A stretch of 64,000 nt of DNA from a virus (taxonomy: Duplodnaviria; Heunggongvirae; Uroviricota; Caudoviricetes): the IMG/VR virus record IMGVR_UViG_3300044675_001501, positions 64,001 to 128,000 of that record; one strand, written 5' to 3'. The translations under genes and the position numbers were made by a program. This document shows, piece after piece, positions 9,844 to 19,809 of the stretch (position 1 is the first letter of the stretch; each line of letters begins with the position of its first letter). Below the pieces are notes generated by a model, which was not told the origin of the DNA, ran no database searches, and saw only the letters and a program-made list of their open reading frames with translations.

Positions 9844-11700
9844 TTATCTGTTAGGTGTAAATATGTAGTTAGAACCACTTACGAATTCTCCAGAAGCGAC
9901 CTTATCGGCGACAGCATTGATCAAAACTTGATCTTCCGAAATACTAATTAATTGATCACGAACTGAGACAACATCATAAGATGATGGTTCTACAGTAAAT
10001 GTTACAACATTATTTGGCGCAGAAGCAATATTAATACTGTTAATTACAATTTTACCTGTTTGATAATCTACAGTTCCTGCAGCGTTATTAGTATAAATCT
10101 TTGTTCCTTCTTGAGACAAATAGAATAATCTAATGTTGCCTTGAGTGTCATCATCTAAGAAGAATTGATTTGCGTTACCACTAAGAGTAAATCCAGAAGA
10201 TGTTATGTTACTACCAGCTGTATTTCCTGGTTCATTATATATTGGATTATACAAATTAACGATGTAAGAAGATTCGAACCCAAAATTTGGTGTTATATCT
10301 CTAGTAATTTTTAGTTTTACTACGCTGCTAACAATAGAGTCGTCAGTTGTGTCGATTAATCTCTGTAACTGGGACATTCTAAATACTGTGTCAAATTTTA
10401 CTAGAGTTTCATTATATTTCGAAATAGCGTCCTTAACAAAGTTCTTTAGTGTCTCTTCAGGGAACCCAGACTTAACTGGATTGTAATAGAACGAAACATC
10501 TAGAATTAAGTTTAAGTATGTTGGATCAACAATTGTTGGTATAATAGAAACAACATTTCTGTTCCTTAGAATTTCTTCAACAATAAAAGTCTTAGCAGCT
10601 GTAGAAAGAACAAGACCAGTCTTAGGTTTAACGCAAATAAAAACTTTACCGAATACTGGTGGATCATTTTCTTCACCACCCCAAACTGACATTGTTTCGA
10701 TATTAGGATAAAGTCTAGGTAGGATAACTTTATAATCTTCAGCAGTTACAGTTCTGTTTTGAGCAGCAAAAAACTTTGGAGCATTAAATCTAATACTATC
10801 GTTCGATTCAGCTTCTGATCCACCACCAGCAACAGATGTTGTTTGAACTGTTGTTACACCACTACCTAAACTTGAACCAGTATAAGTGAAAATTCTCGCG
10901 CCATTGGCGGACTCGCCTTCACTAACAAAATATTCTAAAATAACAATATTACCTGGAACAACTGCAGCAGAAACAACACCATCGCCAAACTTAATCTCAT
11001 ACTGTCCGTTCTCAATTTCTCTCAAATAGTAAACTGCAGAATCTCTGGTGTTATTCACTAAAGATTCATTTTGGTTAAACACAACAGAAGTAGCATCAGA
11101 TGCGCTTTGCTGAACTCTAACGGATAATGTTGAAATATCTGCATTTTCGTTCGGTATAATATATCTTCTATTTCCATCTACGACATATTTAAATACTTGT
11201 GGACGACCTTGTGTTATCTCTACATTTGTAAACACATAGGTGTTATTCGCTCCTCTAAGAGCAACATGCGAAGATCTGTTATAGAAAATAAGATCAGCGC
11301 CAATACCTATATTACCAGAATTATTAGAAGCTGCAACAAAAGACTGAAACGAAGGCAAAGTTAACGAAGATGGATTTCCAACGACATTTGAAACGGTAAT
11401 ATTTACCATAGCTCTGGCTGAAGTTCTACCTTTAGGCACATATCCCAAAACATTAGAAAGGGAAGCGAGACTAGATCTTTTTGCAGCAGAATCTAAGAAC
11501 ATCTCATTAATCGCTAAGTTGGTATACAAAGCATTATAGTGAGTGTTATAAGCAAGAACATCCAAAAGGATATTCATACCACTACCCTCAAAGTCGTAGT
11601 CTGTAAACTCGTCTTGAGCCTTTAGAAAATTTTTTAAGTTATCCTTGATTGTATCGAAGTCTAACTCGCTGACTTTTATTCTTCTGTTTTCAACAGCCAT
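9844..11700 (-). CDS. gp6: Baseplate wedge subunit gp6
   Basis: LDFDTIKDNLKNFL..DYDFEGSGMNILLDVLAYNTHY; AQNRTVTAEDY. Confidence 0.92.
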   Translation of the reverse strand: MAVENRRIKVSELDFDTIKDNLKNFLKAQDEFTDYDFEGSGMNILLDVLAYNTHYNALYTNLAINEMFLDSAAKRSSLASLSNVLGYVPKGRTSARAMVNITVSNVVGNPSSLTLPSFQSFVAASNNSGNIGIGADLIFYNRSSHVALRGANNTYVFTNVEITQGRPQVFKYVVDGNRRYIIPNENADISTLSVRVQQSASDATSVVFNQNESLVNNTRDSAVYYLREIENGQYEIKFGDGVVSAAVVPGNIVILEYFVSEGESANGARIFTYTGSSLGSGVTTVQTTSVAGGGSEAESNDSIRFNAPKFFAAQNRTVTAEDYKVILPRLYPNIETMSVWGGEENDPPVFGKVFICVKPKTGLVLSTAAKTFIVEEILRNRNVVSIIPTIVDPTYLNLILDVSFYYNPVKSGFPEETLKNFVKDAISKYNETLVKFDTVFRMSQLQRLIDTTDDSIVSSVVKLKITRDITPNFGFESSYIVNLYNPIYNEPGNTAGSNITSSGFTLSGNANQFFLDDDTQGNIRLFYLSQEGTKIYTNNAAGTVDYQTGKIVINSINIASAPNNVVTFTVEPSSYDVVSVRDQLISISEDQVLINAVADKVASGEFVSGSNYIFTPNR

Positions 11701-11702
11701 GG

Positions 11703-12092
11703 TTATCTCGTTCTATCTAGTGTTAATTCTAGGATTGTTGTGGTAATAGAGTTCAAAACCTTAAACTCGATAAGGATATCAACATTATTATTGTCTGGGT
11801 CATACTTAACATCTATTGTTATGATCTGAACACGTGGCTCAAAGTTTACAATTGTGTCTTCAATGGCACGTCTAATTATTTCTCTATTTAAAGGTCCAGG
11901 AATCTCAAACAATAACTGCCTTATGGGTGTACCGACCTCACTATGAAACGGTCTCTCATAGTAAGATGTTAGAAGCAGATTCTTTAAAGCTGTCTTCACA
12001 GCATTCTCATTAAATCTCTTTGTAATATCTTTTGAGATTGGATGAGGAGTGAAGTTTAGATCTAAGTCTGCGAATGTACGTGTAGTTGCCAT
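11703..12092 (-). CDS. gp25: Baseplate wedge protein gp25
   Basis: AVKTALKNLLLT..ERPF..FEPRV; synteny. Confidence 0.88.
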   Translation of the reverse strand: MATTRTFADLDLNFTPHPISKDITKRFNENAVKTALKNLLLTSYYERPFHSEVGTPIRQLLFEIPGPLNREIIRRAIEDTIVNFEPRVQIITIDVKYDPDNNNVDILIEFKVLNSITTTILELTLDRTR

Positions 12093-12107
12093 ATCTTTAT
12101 TTAGGTG

Positions 12108-12404
12108 TTATGCAATAAAAGTATTAGAAGAACCCTTAGCAACTGCGTCTCCGCAAGCGATTCTGTCGCCAATTCTTGCTGCTGGAGCGCCTTCTATCCT
12201 GGTTTTACTTGAACCTGAAACAACCTTACCCATACCATGAATCTTTTTACCACAGTTATGGATCGGTCCATATCCAGTTCTACCAGTTAACTGAACAGCC
12301 CTCCCATTAACGAAAGTCTTAGTTGCCCATGGTCCAATATCTGGTCTTGGGGGAAAACAACCATGACCTGTGGATCTACCACCTTGAATAGCAACAGCTG
12401 CCAT
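12108..12404 (-). CDS. PAAR spike-tip protein (gp5.4-like)
   Basis: STGHGCFPP, GAPAARIGDRIACG. Confidence 0.88.
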   Translation of the reverse strand: MAAVAIQGGRSTGHGCFPPRPDIGPWATKTFVNGRAVQLTGRTGYGPIHNCGKKIHGMGKVVSGSSKTRIEGAPAARIGDRIACGDAVAKGSSNTFIA

Positions 12405-12418
12405 ATTATTTCTCCTGG

Positions 12419-13195
12419 TTATGCAGTATTGGGGTTAGTAACAGTTACTGTAGTTATAGGTGTTGCTGGAACAGCGTATGTCGTTCCACCCGCAGTTGTA
12501 TTTGGATTCGGAACTTTAGGATCGTCGTAGACTTCTTCTGGACTGTTTGCGATAACATTATAAACATTTCTTTCTAACTGCTCGCCACGATTTAAATTAT
12601 CTCTAATTTGTATGAGCCTTCTTCTGTTAGCTTCCCAGTTGTTTAAAACTGTGTGCTCTCTATAGAAAGTAAAGATTCCATCTAACCCAAGCAATCCTTG
12701 ATTTATGGACTTGTCAACTTCAACCTTAACAGTAAATCCGTTCTCAAGCCAAACTCTTAAATCTGGTATATAATTGTAAGGAGCGTAATAATTATCACCA
12801 ATTTTTTCAATATCTGCGTCTTCAAGCAAACTCTCATCCTTCATTCTAATATCATATCTTCTCTGATCGAAGACTTTAGTGTAAGTACCCTTAATGGTAA
12901 CTTTACCTTGAGTTTGTGTGTTATCAATAACTATCTGGATATTACCAACATCAGTCAAGTCGGAAACGGCACTAAGAACTTTAGTCTTAATGCTTGGCTG
13001 ATCAACTTCCTCATTAAGCCCAACTGAAGTTGCCATAAACTCTATATTAATCTGCCAGTTCTCATCTAAAATCTCATAAACTGGAGGAAATCTTGCAGAT
13101 GCAGCTGCAGTACCACCAAAGAATAATCCAGCACCAGCATATTCTGGATTATCCTGAGGATAATTCGTATAGGTTATAATCGCTCTAATTCCCAT
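12419..13195 (-). CDS. Hypothetical baseplate-region protein
   Basis: 258 aa ORF tightly packed between gp5 and PAAR. Confidence 0.7.
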   Translation of the reverse strand: MGIRAIITYTNYPQDNPEYAGAGLFFGGTAAASARFPPVYEILDENWQINIEFMATSVGLNEEVDQPSIKTKVLSAVSDLTDVGNIQIVIDNTQTQGKVTIKGTYTKVFDQRRYDIRMKDESLLEDADIEKIGDNYYAPYNYIPDLRVWLENGFTVKVEVDKSINQGLLGLDGIFTFYREHTVLNNWEANRRRLIQIRDNLNRGEQLERNVYNVIANSPEEVYDDPKVPNPNTTAGGTTYAVPATPITTVTVTNPNTA

Positions 13196-13197
13196 AA

Positions 13198-15870
13198 TTA
13201 TGAAGCGAATCCTAATGCTTTACGAGCAGCTAAGTGTTCTGGAGAACCTTTCGCTGGTGGATTTTCTGGAATATAAACGAAAGTCCCAATCGGGGAAATT
13301 CTTCCATGATAGTTCATAGTAAAGTGTTGCTTTCTATTTCCAGTATATTTAAATGAAACATGAATCCAAACAGTAGTCTTACCATCATACTCAAGAAGCA
13401 GCTGATCATAAGGAATAACCTTAGAAATAGCAACGCATGCTTCATACATTTGTTTTCTATTAAATCCATTAATAACAAAGTCTGCGGCTTGTCCAGATGT
13501 ATGCTGTGATTTTTCGTTTTTATAATCAGGAGGCAAATCTCCTGGTCTTCTGAAGCCACTCGTGATATTAATTCCTGGATACAATTTACGAATTGGCTCA
13601 AGACAATTTTCAGCTAAACCTTTAAGATTACAAGCGATTTCTTGAACAGAAAGACCTTGCTGTGGTTGTAATGGTCTTGTTCCATCTTTCGTTAATACAC
13701 CAAGTGTAAAGTTTGGAGATAACTTCATAGTAGCTGGAAAAGAACTCATTCCAAAAATAGCATCGCAATTAGCACCCTTTGGCTGAACTTTATTTGGTTC
13801 AACCTTTTCCTCGGCTAATGATCCAGGGTCTTTTTGCTGTTGCGTTGGATCAATAGCACCCTTTTCAATTTCTTTCTGAATAAACGCTTCTCTTACTGCT
13901 GGATCATCATCCTCAGTCTCATAATAGATAGCAGCTCTACTTTGTCTTGTATTAACTTGTAGAGATGTTAGTTGTGGTGCTTCTTGTGGGTCTCTACCAA
14001 TAGAACTCCCAGCTGATGCGCCAGAAGCAGCAGAAGCGCCTTGTCCGAAGTTACCACGAGAGTAATCCACATTCATTGTTGAACCAGATTTAATATTCAT
14101 TGAACTGCTGGTAGAAATATTCATTCCACCTCCAGCTTTAATATTGAACGCAGAAGTAGCTTCTAAGTTTATGTTGCTTGCTTTTACATCAAAGTTTTCA
14201 GCAACATTAAGTTTTGCATTTCCACCAACTGCAATATTAGCATCATTATATACTCTGATGTTTGCAGCGCCTTTTATGTCAATATTAGCTGCACCATCAA
14301 CTAAAACATTACCATCTCCATTGACGGTTACATTTAAAGAACCACCTAGATAAACATATCCATCACGTTCATATATCTCATAACCGTCGCCAATAATTCT
14401 ATTAACTCTAGTTCCATTGTGGTCTATCTCAGTAAATGTTCCTGATTTATGATAGAGATGTATACGCTCAGCTTTAGGAGTATCATCAAATTCAAAAATA
14501 TGACCAGACTCAGTTTCTAAAACTTTATTGAACGGATAATCTGCATTATAAGGACACTCAGATTGATCCCAGCTTTTACCACCGCCTGTTTTAACATCCT
14601 TTAATCTTTGGGTTTCTTTAGTAAACACAACAGTCTTTTCAATAAATTCATGACGTGCTAATCTATTAGTGTCTGGTTCATTAACATACAGTGGATATTT
14701 TTTGTTTGGATCTCTAAACCCATATTCTGTTGATGCTCCCGCATCAGAAGTTCCTGTCGAAGTTTGTCCGCTACTATTTTTCTCACCAACTGGTGGTGTT
14801 GGTTCAGCTTTAGTGTCTCCACTTTTTATTGCTTCTTCTTTAACTGTTTCTTCGTTTGGCGTAACAGCTTTACCTTTTCCTGGTATTCCATCTCTAAGGA
14901 ATAACTCAGATTCTTCTCTTCTTCTTCGTGTTAATCCTGCGACTTCTTTTAACACACCATCTGGACCTCGAGCTTTATTATAAGATAAAAATGCGTTAGC
15001 AGCAGCAGCATAATCTCCTCTATTAAGGTTCGTAACAATAGAAGATTTCGCAAAAGATGGACCTATGTTATAGCATAAAGATGTACATGCGTCAATCATA
15101 CTTTGTGTAACGATTGCTCTAACAGATCTAGTAACTACTGGTAAATATTCTTTCTTAACTTGATCTAAGAATAACTCCTCTGCTCTTTGATTTGAGATAA
15201 TCGTTCCTGGTTGAACTGGTTTTCCGTCAATGAATGTAGTTCCGTATCCAATAGTCCAAGGAGCACCACCTGATACTGGATCTGGGTATGCTTGAACCTG
15301 ATTATTTCCAATTTTCTTAGCAAACCCCTCACCAGTTTTAATTAGTGTTAAACCTCTTTCAGAGATTGTTGTATACTGATTAGCTGGCTTTGCGTTTCCG
15401 TGAGTATCACCACTAACAACTTGATCTTTCTCTGTTGTTTTTGGTTGCTTAGGTGGGATTTCAGTAACACCTTCCCTAACTGCGTTACCGTCTTTGTCAT
15501 GCTTAATTGTGTTTTGTTGTTCCTCAGTTCCATCACCACCAGGATCTACCAGACTTAACGTCCCCTCGTCTTCTTCAATAGACCCTTCTTTCTGCGGAAT
15601 ACCACCAAGAGTTCCCATAATAATTGGAAACTGGGTATCATCATCTTGAAAAGCAACTACAACCCACGTCCCCTCAACTGGTCCAACTGGAGTATGACCA
15701 ATACCAGAAATTGCAGCAGAATTAAGTGGCTGCATTGGCATAGCCCAAGGCAAATCTGTAGTAGGTAAAACTGCTTTAACTTCTGTATGAATGCCAACAA
15801 CTCGAACCTTACAACGTCCGAGTTTTAAAGGATCCATTCTATCTTCAACAACACCTGTGTATAATCTCAT
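13198..15870 (-). CDS. gp5: Baseplate hub/spike gp5 with GH24 lysozyme and C-terminal peptidase M15A-like domain
   Basis: N-terminal GVVEDRMDPLKLGRCKVRVVG; lysozyme EGF..AYPD..WTIGYGT; beta-helix ETESGHIFEFDDTP; C-terminal ITSGFR..SQHTSGQAAD..WIHVS. Confidence 0.88.
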   Translation of the reverse strand: MRLYTGVVEDRMDPLKLGRCKVRVVGIHTEVKAVLPTTDLPWAMPMQPLNSAAISGIGHTPVGPVEGTWVVVAFQDDDTQFPIIMGTLGGIPQKEGSIEEDEGTLSLVDPGGDGTEEQQNTIKHDKDGNAVREGVTEIPPKQPKTTEKDQVVSGDTHGNAKPANQYTTISERGLTLIKTGEGFAKKIGNNQVQAYPDPVSGGAPWTIGYGTTFIDGKPVQPGTIISNQRAEELFLDQVKKEYLPVVTRSVRAIVTQSMIDACTSLCYNIGPSFAKSSIVTNLNRGDYAAAANAFLSYNKARGPDGVLKEVAGLTRRRREESELFLRDGIPGKGKAVTPNEETVKEEAIKSGDTKAEPTPPVGEKNSSGQTSTGTSDAGASTEYGFRDPNKKYPLYVNEPDTNRLARHEFIEKTVVFTKETQRLKDVKTGGGKSWDQSECPYNADYPFNKVLETESGHIFEFDDTPKAERIHLYHKSGTFTEIDHNGTRVNRIIGDGYEIYERDGYVYLGGSLNVTVNGDGNVLVDGAANIDIKGAANIRVYNDANIAVGGNAKLNVAENFDVKASNINLEATSAFNIKAGGGMNISTSSSMNIKSGSTMNVDYSRGNFGQGASAASGASAGSSIGRDPQEAPQLTSLQVNTRQSRAAIYYETEDDDPAVREAFIQKEIEKGAIDPTQQQKDPGSLAEEKVEPNKVQPKGANCDAIFGMSSFPATMKLSPNFTLGVLTKDGTRPLQPQQGLSVQEIACNLKGLAENCLEPIRKLYPGINITSGFRRPGDLPPDYKNEKSQHTSGQAADFVINGFNRKQMYEACVAISKVIPYDQLLLEYDGKTTVWIHVSFKYTGNRKQHFTMNYHGRISPIGTFVYIPENPPAKGSPEHLAARKALGFAS

Positions 15871-15872
15871 AG

Positions 15873-17147
15873 TTAAGCATCCAAATTAAAAATTAATGAA
15901 TCTTTGATCAACTCCATATGAGTTTCGTGTCTATCTGTTTTAATTACGTGACTAAGAGCAGATATCAAATAATTTCCGCTAAACATTTTATCATAAACAT
16001 CTGGATTGTTTGGATCAGTGTGTGGCTCAAAAGTGGGCATCTTAACATTAACAACCTGCCCTGCAGTATAATCTGTTCTCCCAGCAACAGTAATGTTGAA
16101 TCTAAATGCTTGAGCCATCTTAGTTAAAGATAATCTGCTTAATGCATTTTTAGTATTGGAGATATCTCCGTAACCATTGTGAATGCCATAGTGTTTTGGT
16201 TCTGCCAGAATAAGAGCACCACTATTTCTAGCTACGTTATTAGTAAATACTGGATACTTGTTTAAGTGTGGATGATTTGGGAATTCTTCTACAACACTAT
16301 AAGTTTTGGTTGAATACTTCTTCGTTATGTAGTCATGAGTGATTATCTTAGAAGCGAACATACCACTTTGAGTTCTGTCAATATAATCGAATCCGAACGG
16401 CATTTCAAAATCAATAATTTTAGTGTAATCTAAATCAGGGTTTCTTACAGATCTTCCAGTTTGCGGGTCAATAACTCGTGTTATTGCAATTAATTGGAAA
16501 TTTTGATATGGTGGAGCTTGATATAGGTTATTTATCGTGGTGAAATTAAACCCATATCTGTTTTCAAAAAACAAATAATTAGATCTAGAAGTATTAGAAG
16601 AAGTTTTAGTTACATAATTGATTGTTCTAATTGGGCTCCAATTACAAGCGATAAATTTGTTTTTATTGGTTGTTGGTTCAACTACAGCAAGTTTCTTTTG
16701 TGTAACAAATGCTGTGTTAAAAATTTTCTGGACAACCTCAGAGCCAGTTCCCTCGAATGCTTTACTATATCTCAAATTCATGTCATAGATTGCCTCTGGA
16801 CTAACAAAGTGCAATTCGTACATAACTGCTTTGTCACCAACTTGCTCTCTATTTGACATCTTATAAAGATAGAAGGTCTCATCAATAATCTTATTCTTAT
16901 CATTGAACGCTGGGGTTCTTGCGTTTACTCTGACGAATTCTTGCCCCACGAATGGAAAGAAGTTAATTAAATCAAGGGAATCCTGGAGAATAATTTTACC
17001 TGTTACGAAAGGGGAGAATATATCTTCATATATGTGAACCTCAATTGCTAGATTTTTAATGTCTAGTAATTGACCCTTTGCTCCAATAATTTGTAGATTT
17101 ACTAAATTTACATCACCAGCAAACCTTAATGTATTTTGTTCACTCAT
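15873..17147 (-). CDS. Baseplate hub protein, gp27-like
   Basis: YEDIFSPFVTG..YLFFENRYGFNF..SGNYLISALSHVI; lies between gp53 and gp5. Confidence 0.6.
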   Translation of the reverse strand: MSEQNTLRFAGDVNLVNLQIIGAKGQLLDIKNLAIEVHIYEDIFSPFVTGKIILQDSLDLINFFPFVGQEFVRVNARTPAFNDKNKIIDETFYLYKMSNREQVGDKAVMYELHFVSPEAIYDMNLRYSKAFEGTGSEVVQKIFNTAFVTQKKLAVVEPTTNKNKFIACNWSPIRTINYVTKTSSNTSRSNYLFFENRYGFNFTTINNLYQAPPYQNFQLIAITRVIDPQTGRSVRNPDLDYTKIIDFEMPFGFDYIDRTQSGMFASKIITHDYITKKYSTKTYSVVEEFPNHPHLNKYPVFTNNVARNSGALILAEPKHYGIHNGYGDISNTKNALSRLSLTKMAQAFRFNITVAGRTDYTAGQVVNVKMPTFEPHTDPNNPDVYDKMFSGNYLISALSHVIKTDRHETHMELIKDSLIFNLDA

Positions 17148-17149
17148 CC

Positions 17150-17662
17150 TTAAACTGCTCCTGGATTATTATCAACAAGTTCTTCTAGTTCTCTTATTAA
17201 ATTGCCAATAAATTGCGGGCGTATTACTTTAATTCTTCTTTTCTTGTCGTTTAAAGCATACTCATAATCAGCGTTAGAAACTCCAACCGCATCTAAGACA
17301 ACAGTATTGTCAACAATCAATCCGTCTTTCTCATAATGATGAACTGCGTTTCGTTGATTTCCGTATTTTGAGTTTATGTATCTTTCTAGCTGATGTGCCC
17401 CAATTGGGAAGTCATCAATATAGTCGTAGCGTTCGTTTGCCAGCATAATTACCCAATGTAGTTCTGGGTTTCCATAAAATCTTTGAGCGACTATCTCTGG
17501 AGTTTCGCCTTCTCTCATGTCATAAAAGTCATAAAGAGTGATATCAGAAAGAATTTTAGTTTTAATTCTTACGTTTGTTGTAATATCTTTAACTGCTCTA
17601 ATATGAATCTTATCTTTAATCTTATAATCATAAAAAATATCTTGAAACTTATTAAAATACAT
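17150..17662 (-). CDS. gp53: Baseplate wedge gp53
   Basis: GETPEIVAQRFYGNPELHWVIMLAN. Confidence 0.88.
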   Translation of the reverse strand: MYFNKFQDIFYDYKIKDKIHIRAVKDITTNVRIKTKILSDITLYDFYDMREGETPEIVAQRFYGNPELHWVIMLANERYDYIDDFPIGAHQLERYINSKYGNQRNAVHHYEKDGLIVDNTVVLDAVGVSNADYEYALNDKKRRIKVIRPQFIGNLIRELEELVDNNPGAV

Positions 17663-18714
17663 TATAGACCTCCATCTTCTGGTCTCATACCAATTTTGTC
17701 TTTGGTCGCAAGAGCAAGTTCAACGAATGTCATATCTACATTGATCTGAACTGGCATACCACTTCGTAAAGAATTAAACTGACCCTGTGGTGTGTAGTTA
17801 ACATTCATCTCTTTTAAAACGCAAGACGTATGTCTATGGACATTTTTATTTTCTGAACCACCGCTGTAATACACAATATCAAATTCTGAAGGATAAATGT
17901 ATAAGAAACCATCGCCATCTTTAAACTCTGGGTGCATGTGGTATTTGAATGCGTGGATTATATTTCTAACATTTTTTTCTTCGTCTTCATCTACTGGAAA
18001 AAATTGATAACTTAACTGAAATGTTCTAAAATCAACACCCTTAAACACCTGTTCTTTCTTTGGGTTTGCTGCAAGACCAGATCCGAACGCTATCGCCTTT
18101 GCTGCGTTACCACCAATACCAGAAGAAAGAACGAAGTTTGAAAGAACTGGTTGAAGTTGATCACCAGCTTTACCAAAATTTCCTTGGGCTGCTTGAACAA
18201 GAGCCTGACCACCTTTAACTAACATTTGAGTTGTTGCCATACTGTCTTCTTCATACTGCATAGCATATCTAATATTCAATTGATTTGGCATATAAAGAGC
18301 AATCGCTGTCTCTAATCTCTTAACAGGTCTTGTTAACGTGCCTTTATCTGGAATGACTTCTGCAGCGGCTGCTGTTATAACTCCACCTTTAATAGCATTA
18401 GCAACATCGCCTGTCGCAATTCCTGCTTTTGCAGCGCCCTCAATACCACCAGAGAAAACAGCTTGACCATTTGTTATACCCTGCCCAACAAAATCTCCTC
18501 TATCGCTGGATGTACTTTTATAATCTTTAATGATCTTAGCAGAACCACTTGTTGCGATTTTTGAATCTGACATTACGTTAATGAAGAACATAACGAAATT
18601 ACCACCATATCTAACATTGCTTGTTAGATCTTGTGGATACTGATGTGATGAGATCTCGTATCGAGTATCTCTACCACCGCTCTCTTTTGTTGCCTGTGTA
18701 GCTTTCGTCGCCAT
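17662..18714 (-). CDS. gp48: Baseplate tail-tube cap gp48
   Basis: IALYMP..NPKKEQVFKGVDFRTF..YPSEFDI..CVLKEMNVNYTP. Confidence 0.85.
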   Translation of the reverse strand: MATKATQATKESGGRDTRYEISSHQYPQDLTSNVRYGGNFVMFFINVMSDSKIATSGSAKIIKDYKSTSSDRGDFVGQGITNGQAVFSGGIEGAAKAGIATGDVANAIKGGVITAAAAEVIPDKGTLTRPVKRLETAIALYMPNQLNIRYAMQYEEDSMATTQMLVKGGQALVQAAQGNFGKAGDQLQPVLSNFVLSSGIGGNAAKAIAFGSGLAANPKKEQVFKGVDFRTFQLSYQFFPVDEDEEKNVRNIIHAFKYHMHPEFKDGDGFLYIYPSEFDIVYYSGGSENKNVHRHTSCVLKEMNVNYTPQGQFNSLRSGMPVQINVDMTFVELALATKDKIGMRPEDGGL

Positions 18715-18723
18715 TATTCTTCC

Positions 18724-18765
18724 CTAAATAGAAAGGTGTTTATTTATTATGTTAATTATTTATGT
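18724..18765. promoter_or_regulatory. Divergent T4-like late promoter region
   Basis: CTAAATA on + (18724-18730) and ATAAATA on - (18741-18747) between the divergent gp48 and gp4 genes. Confidence 0.5.
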
Positions 18766-19208
18766 TCCACAAAAGAAGATATGTTCCAGTCCATCCTGAA
18801 AAATACAAAGGAGACCCAACGAACATCATAATGAGGTCTAGTTGGGAAACTAAATTTGCAATCTGGTGCGACCACAACCCAAACGTAATAAAGTGGTCAT
18901 CGGAAGAGACAGTAATTCCCTACAGATGTCCAGTCAGAAGCACCATACATAGATATTTTGTAGACTTTAGAATTAATGTTAAAACTAAAACTGGAGAAAC
19001 CAAAGTATATTTAGTTGAGATTAAACCATTTAAGCAAACACAACCACCAGAGTTTCCAGGTAAACAGACCAAAAGGTACATACAGGAGTCTACAACTTTT
19101 ATGGTGAATCAGGCTAAATGGAAAGCAGCCAATGACTGGGCAAAAGATAGGGGTTGGAACTTCATAGTCTTAACTGAAAATGAGCTTGGAATAGGTAGAA
19201 ATAAATAA
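18762..19208 (+). CDS. gp4: Head completion nuclease gp4
   Basis: KYKGDPTNIIMRSSWE..WSSEE..HRYFVDF..VEIKP..NQAKWKAA. Confidence 0.9.
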   Translation: MFHKRRYVPVHPEKYKGDPTNIIMRSSWETKFAIWCDHNPNVIKWSSEETVIPYRCPVRSTIHRYFVDFRINVKTKTGETKVYLVEIKPFKQTQPPEFPGKQTKRYIQESTTFMVNQAKWKAANDWAKDRGWNFIVLTENELGIGRNK

Positions 19209-19212
19209 TAGT

Positions 19213-19809
19213 ATGGCCAAACAAAACAAATTTAGAGATGTGTTCGAAAAGTATCGTTACGACAAAAGCGCTGTAACGAGATCAAGATCATGGTTTAATC
19301 AACAGGTTAATCTGCTTAGAGCGGAGAACATCAAAAGAAACAGGTTGATGAAACCGATGGAGGCAAACCTAATCTCCGATAAGGTAACTCCTGGGTACAT
19401 GTACATGTTTGCGTACGACCCAAAGCACAAAAAGACCCTACCTTACTATGACGTGTTCCCTCTGGTGTTTCCATTCGAAAGAACTAAGAATGGATTTCTA
19501 GGACTGAACATGCACTACTTACCATATCCACTAAGAATAGCGCTGATGGATAGGCTGTTGGTTTATGCGACAGATAAGAACATGGATGAGATGACTAAGA
19601 TTAGATATTCTTGGGCTACTATTGCAAGAACTTCTAGATTCAGTTTAGCAAAACCATGTATTAAAGAATATCTAACATCTCATGTAGAGTCTCAGTTTAG
19701 AAAAGTCCCTGCTCAAGATTGGTTCACAGCTTTAATGCTTCCAGTCGAAGGGTTTGTTAAAGCATCCACAACTAAAGTGTGGGCAGATAGTAGGAAGTTA
19801 ATCAGATGA
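19213..19809 (+). CDS. gp2: DNA end protector gp2
   Basis: YDPKHKKTLPYYDVFPLV..GLNMHYLP. Confidence 0.9.
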   Translation: MAKQNKFRDVFEKYRYDKSAVTRSRSWFNQQVNLLRAENIKRNRLMKPMEANLISDKVTPGYMYMFAYDPKHKKTLPYYDVFPLVFPFERTKNGFLGLNMHYLPYPLRIALMDRLLVYATDKNMDEMTKIRYSWATIARTSRFSLAKPCIKEYLTSHVESQFRKVPAQDWFTALMLPVEGFVKASTTKVWADSRKLIR

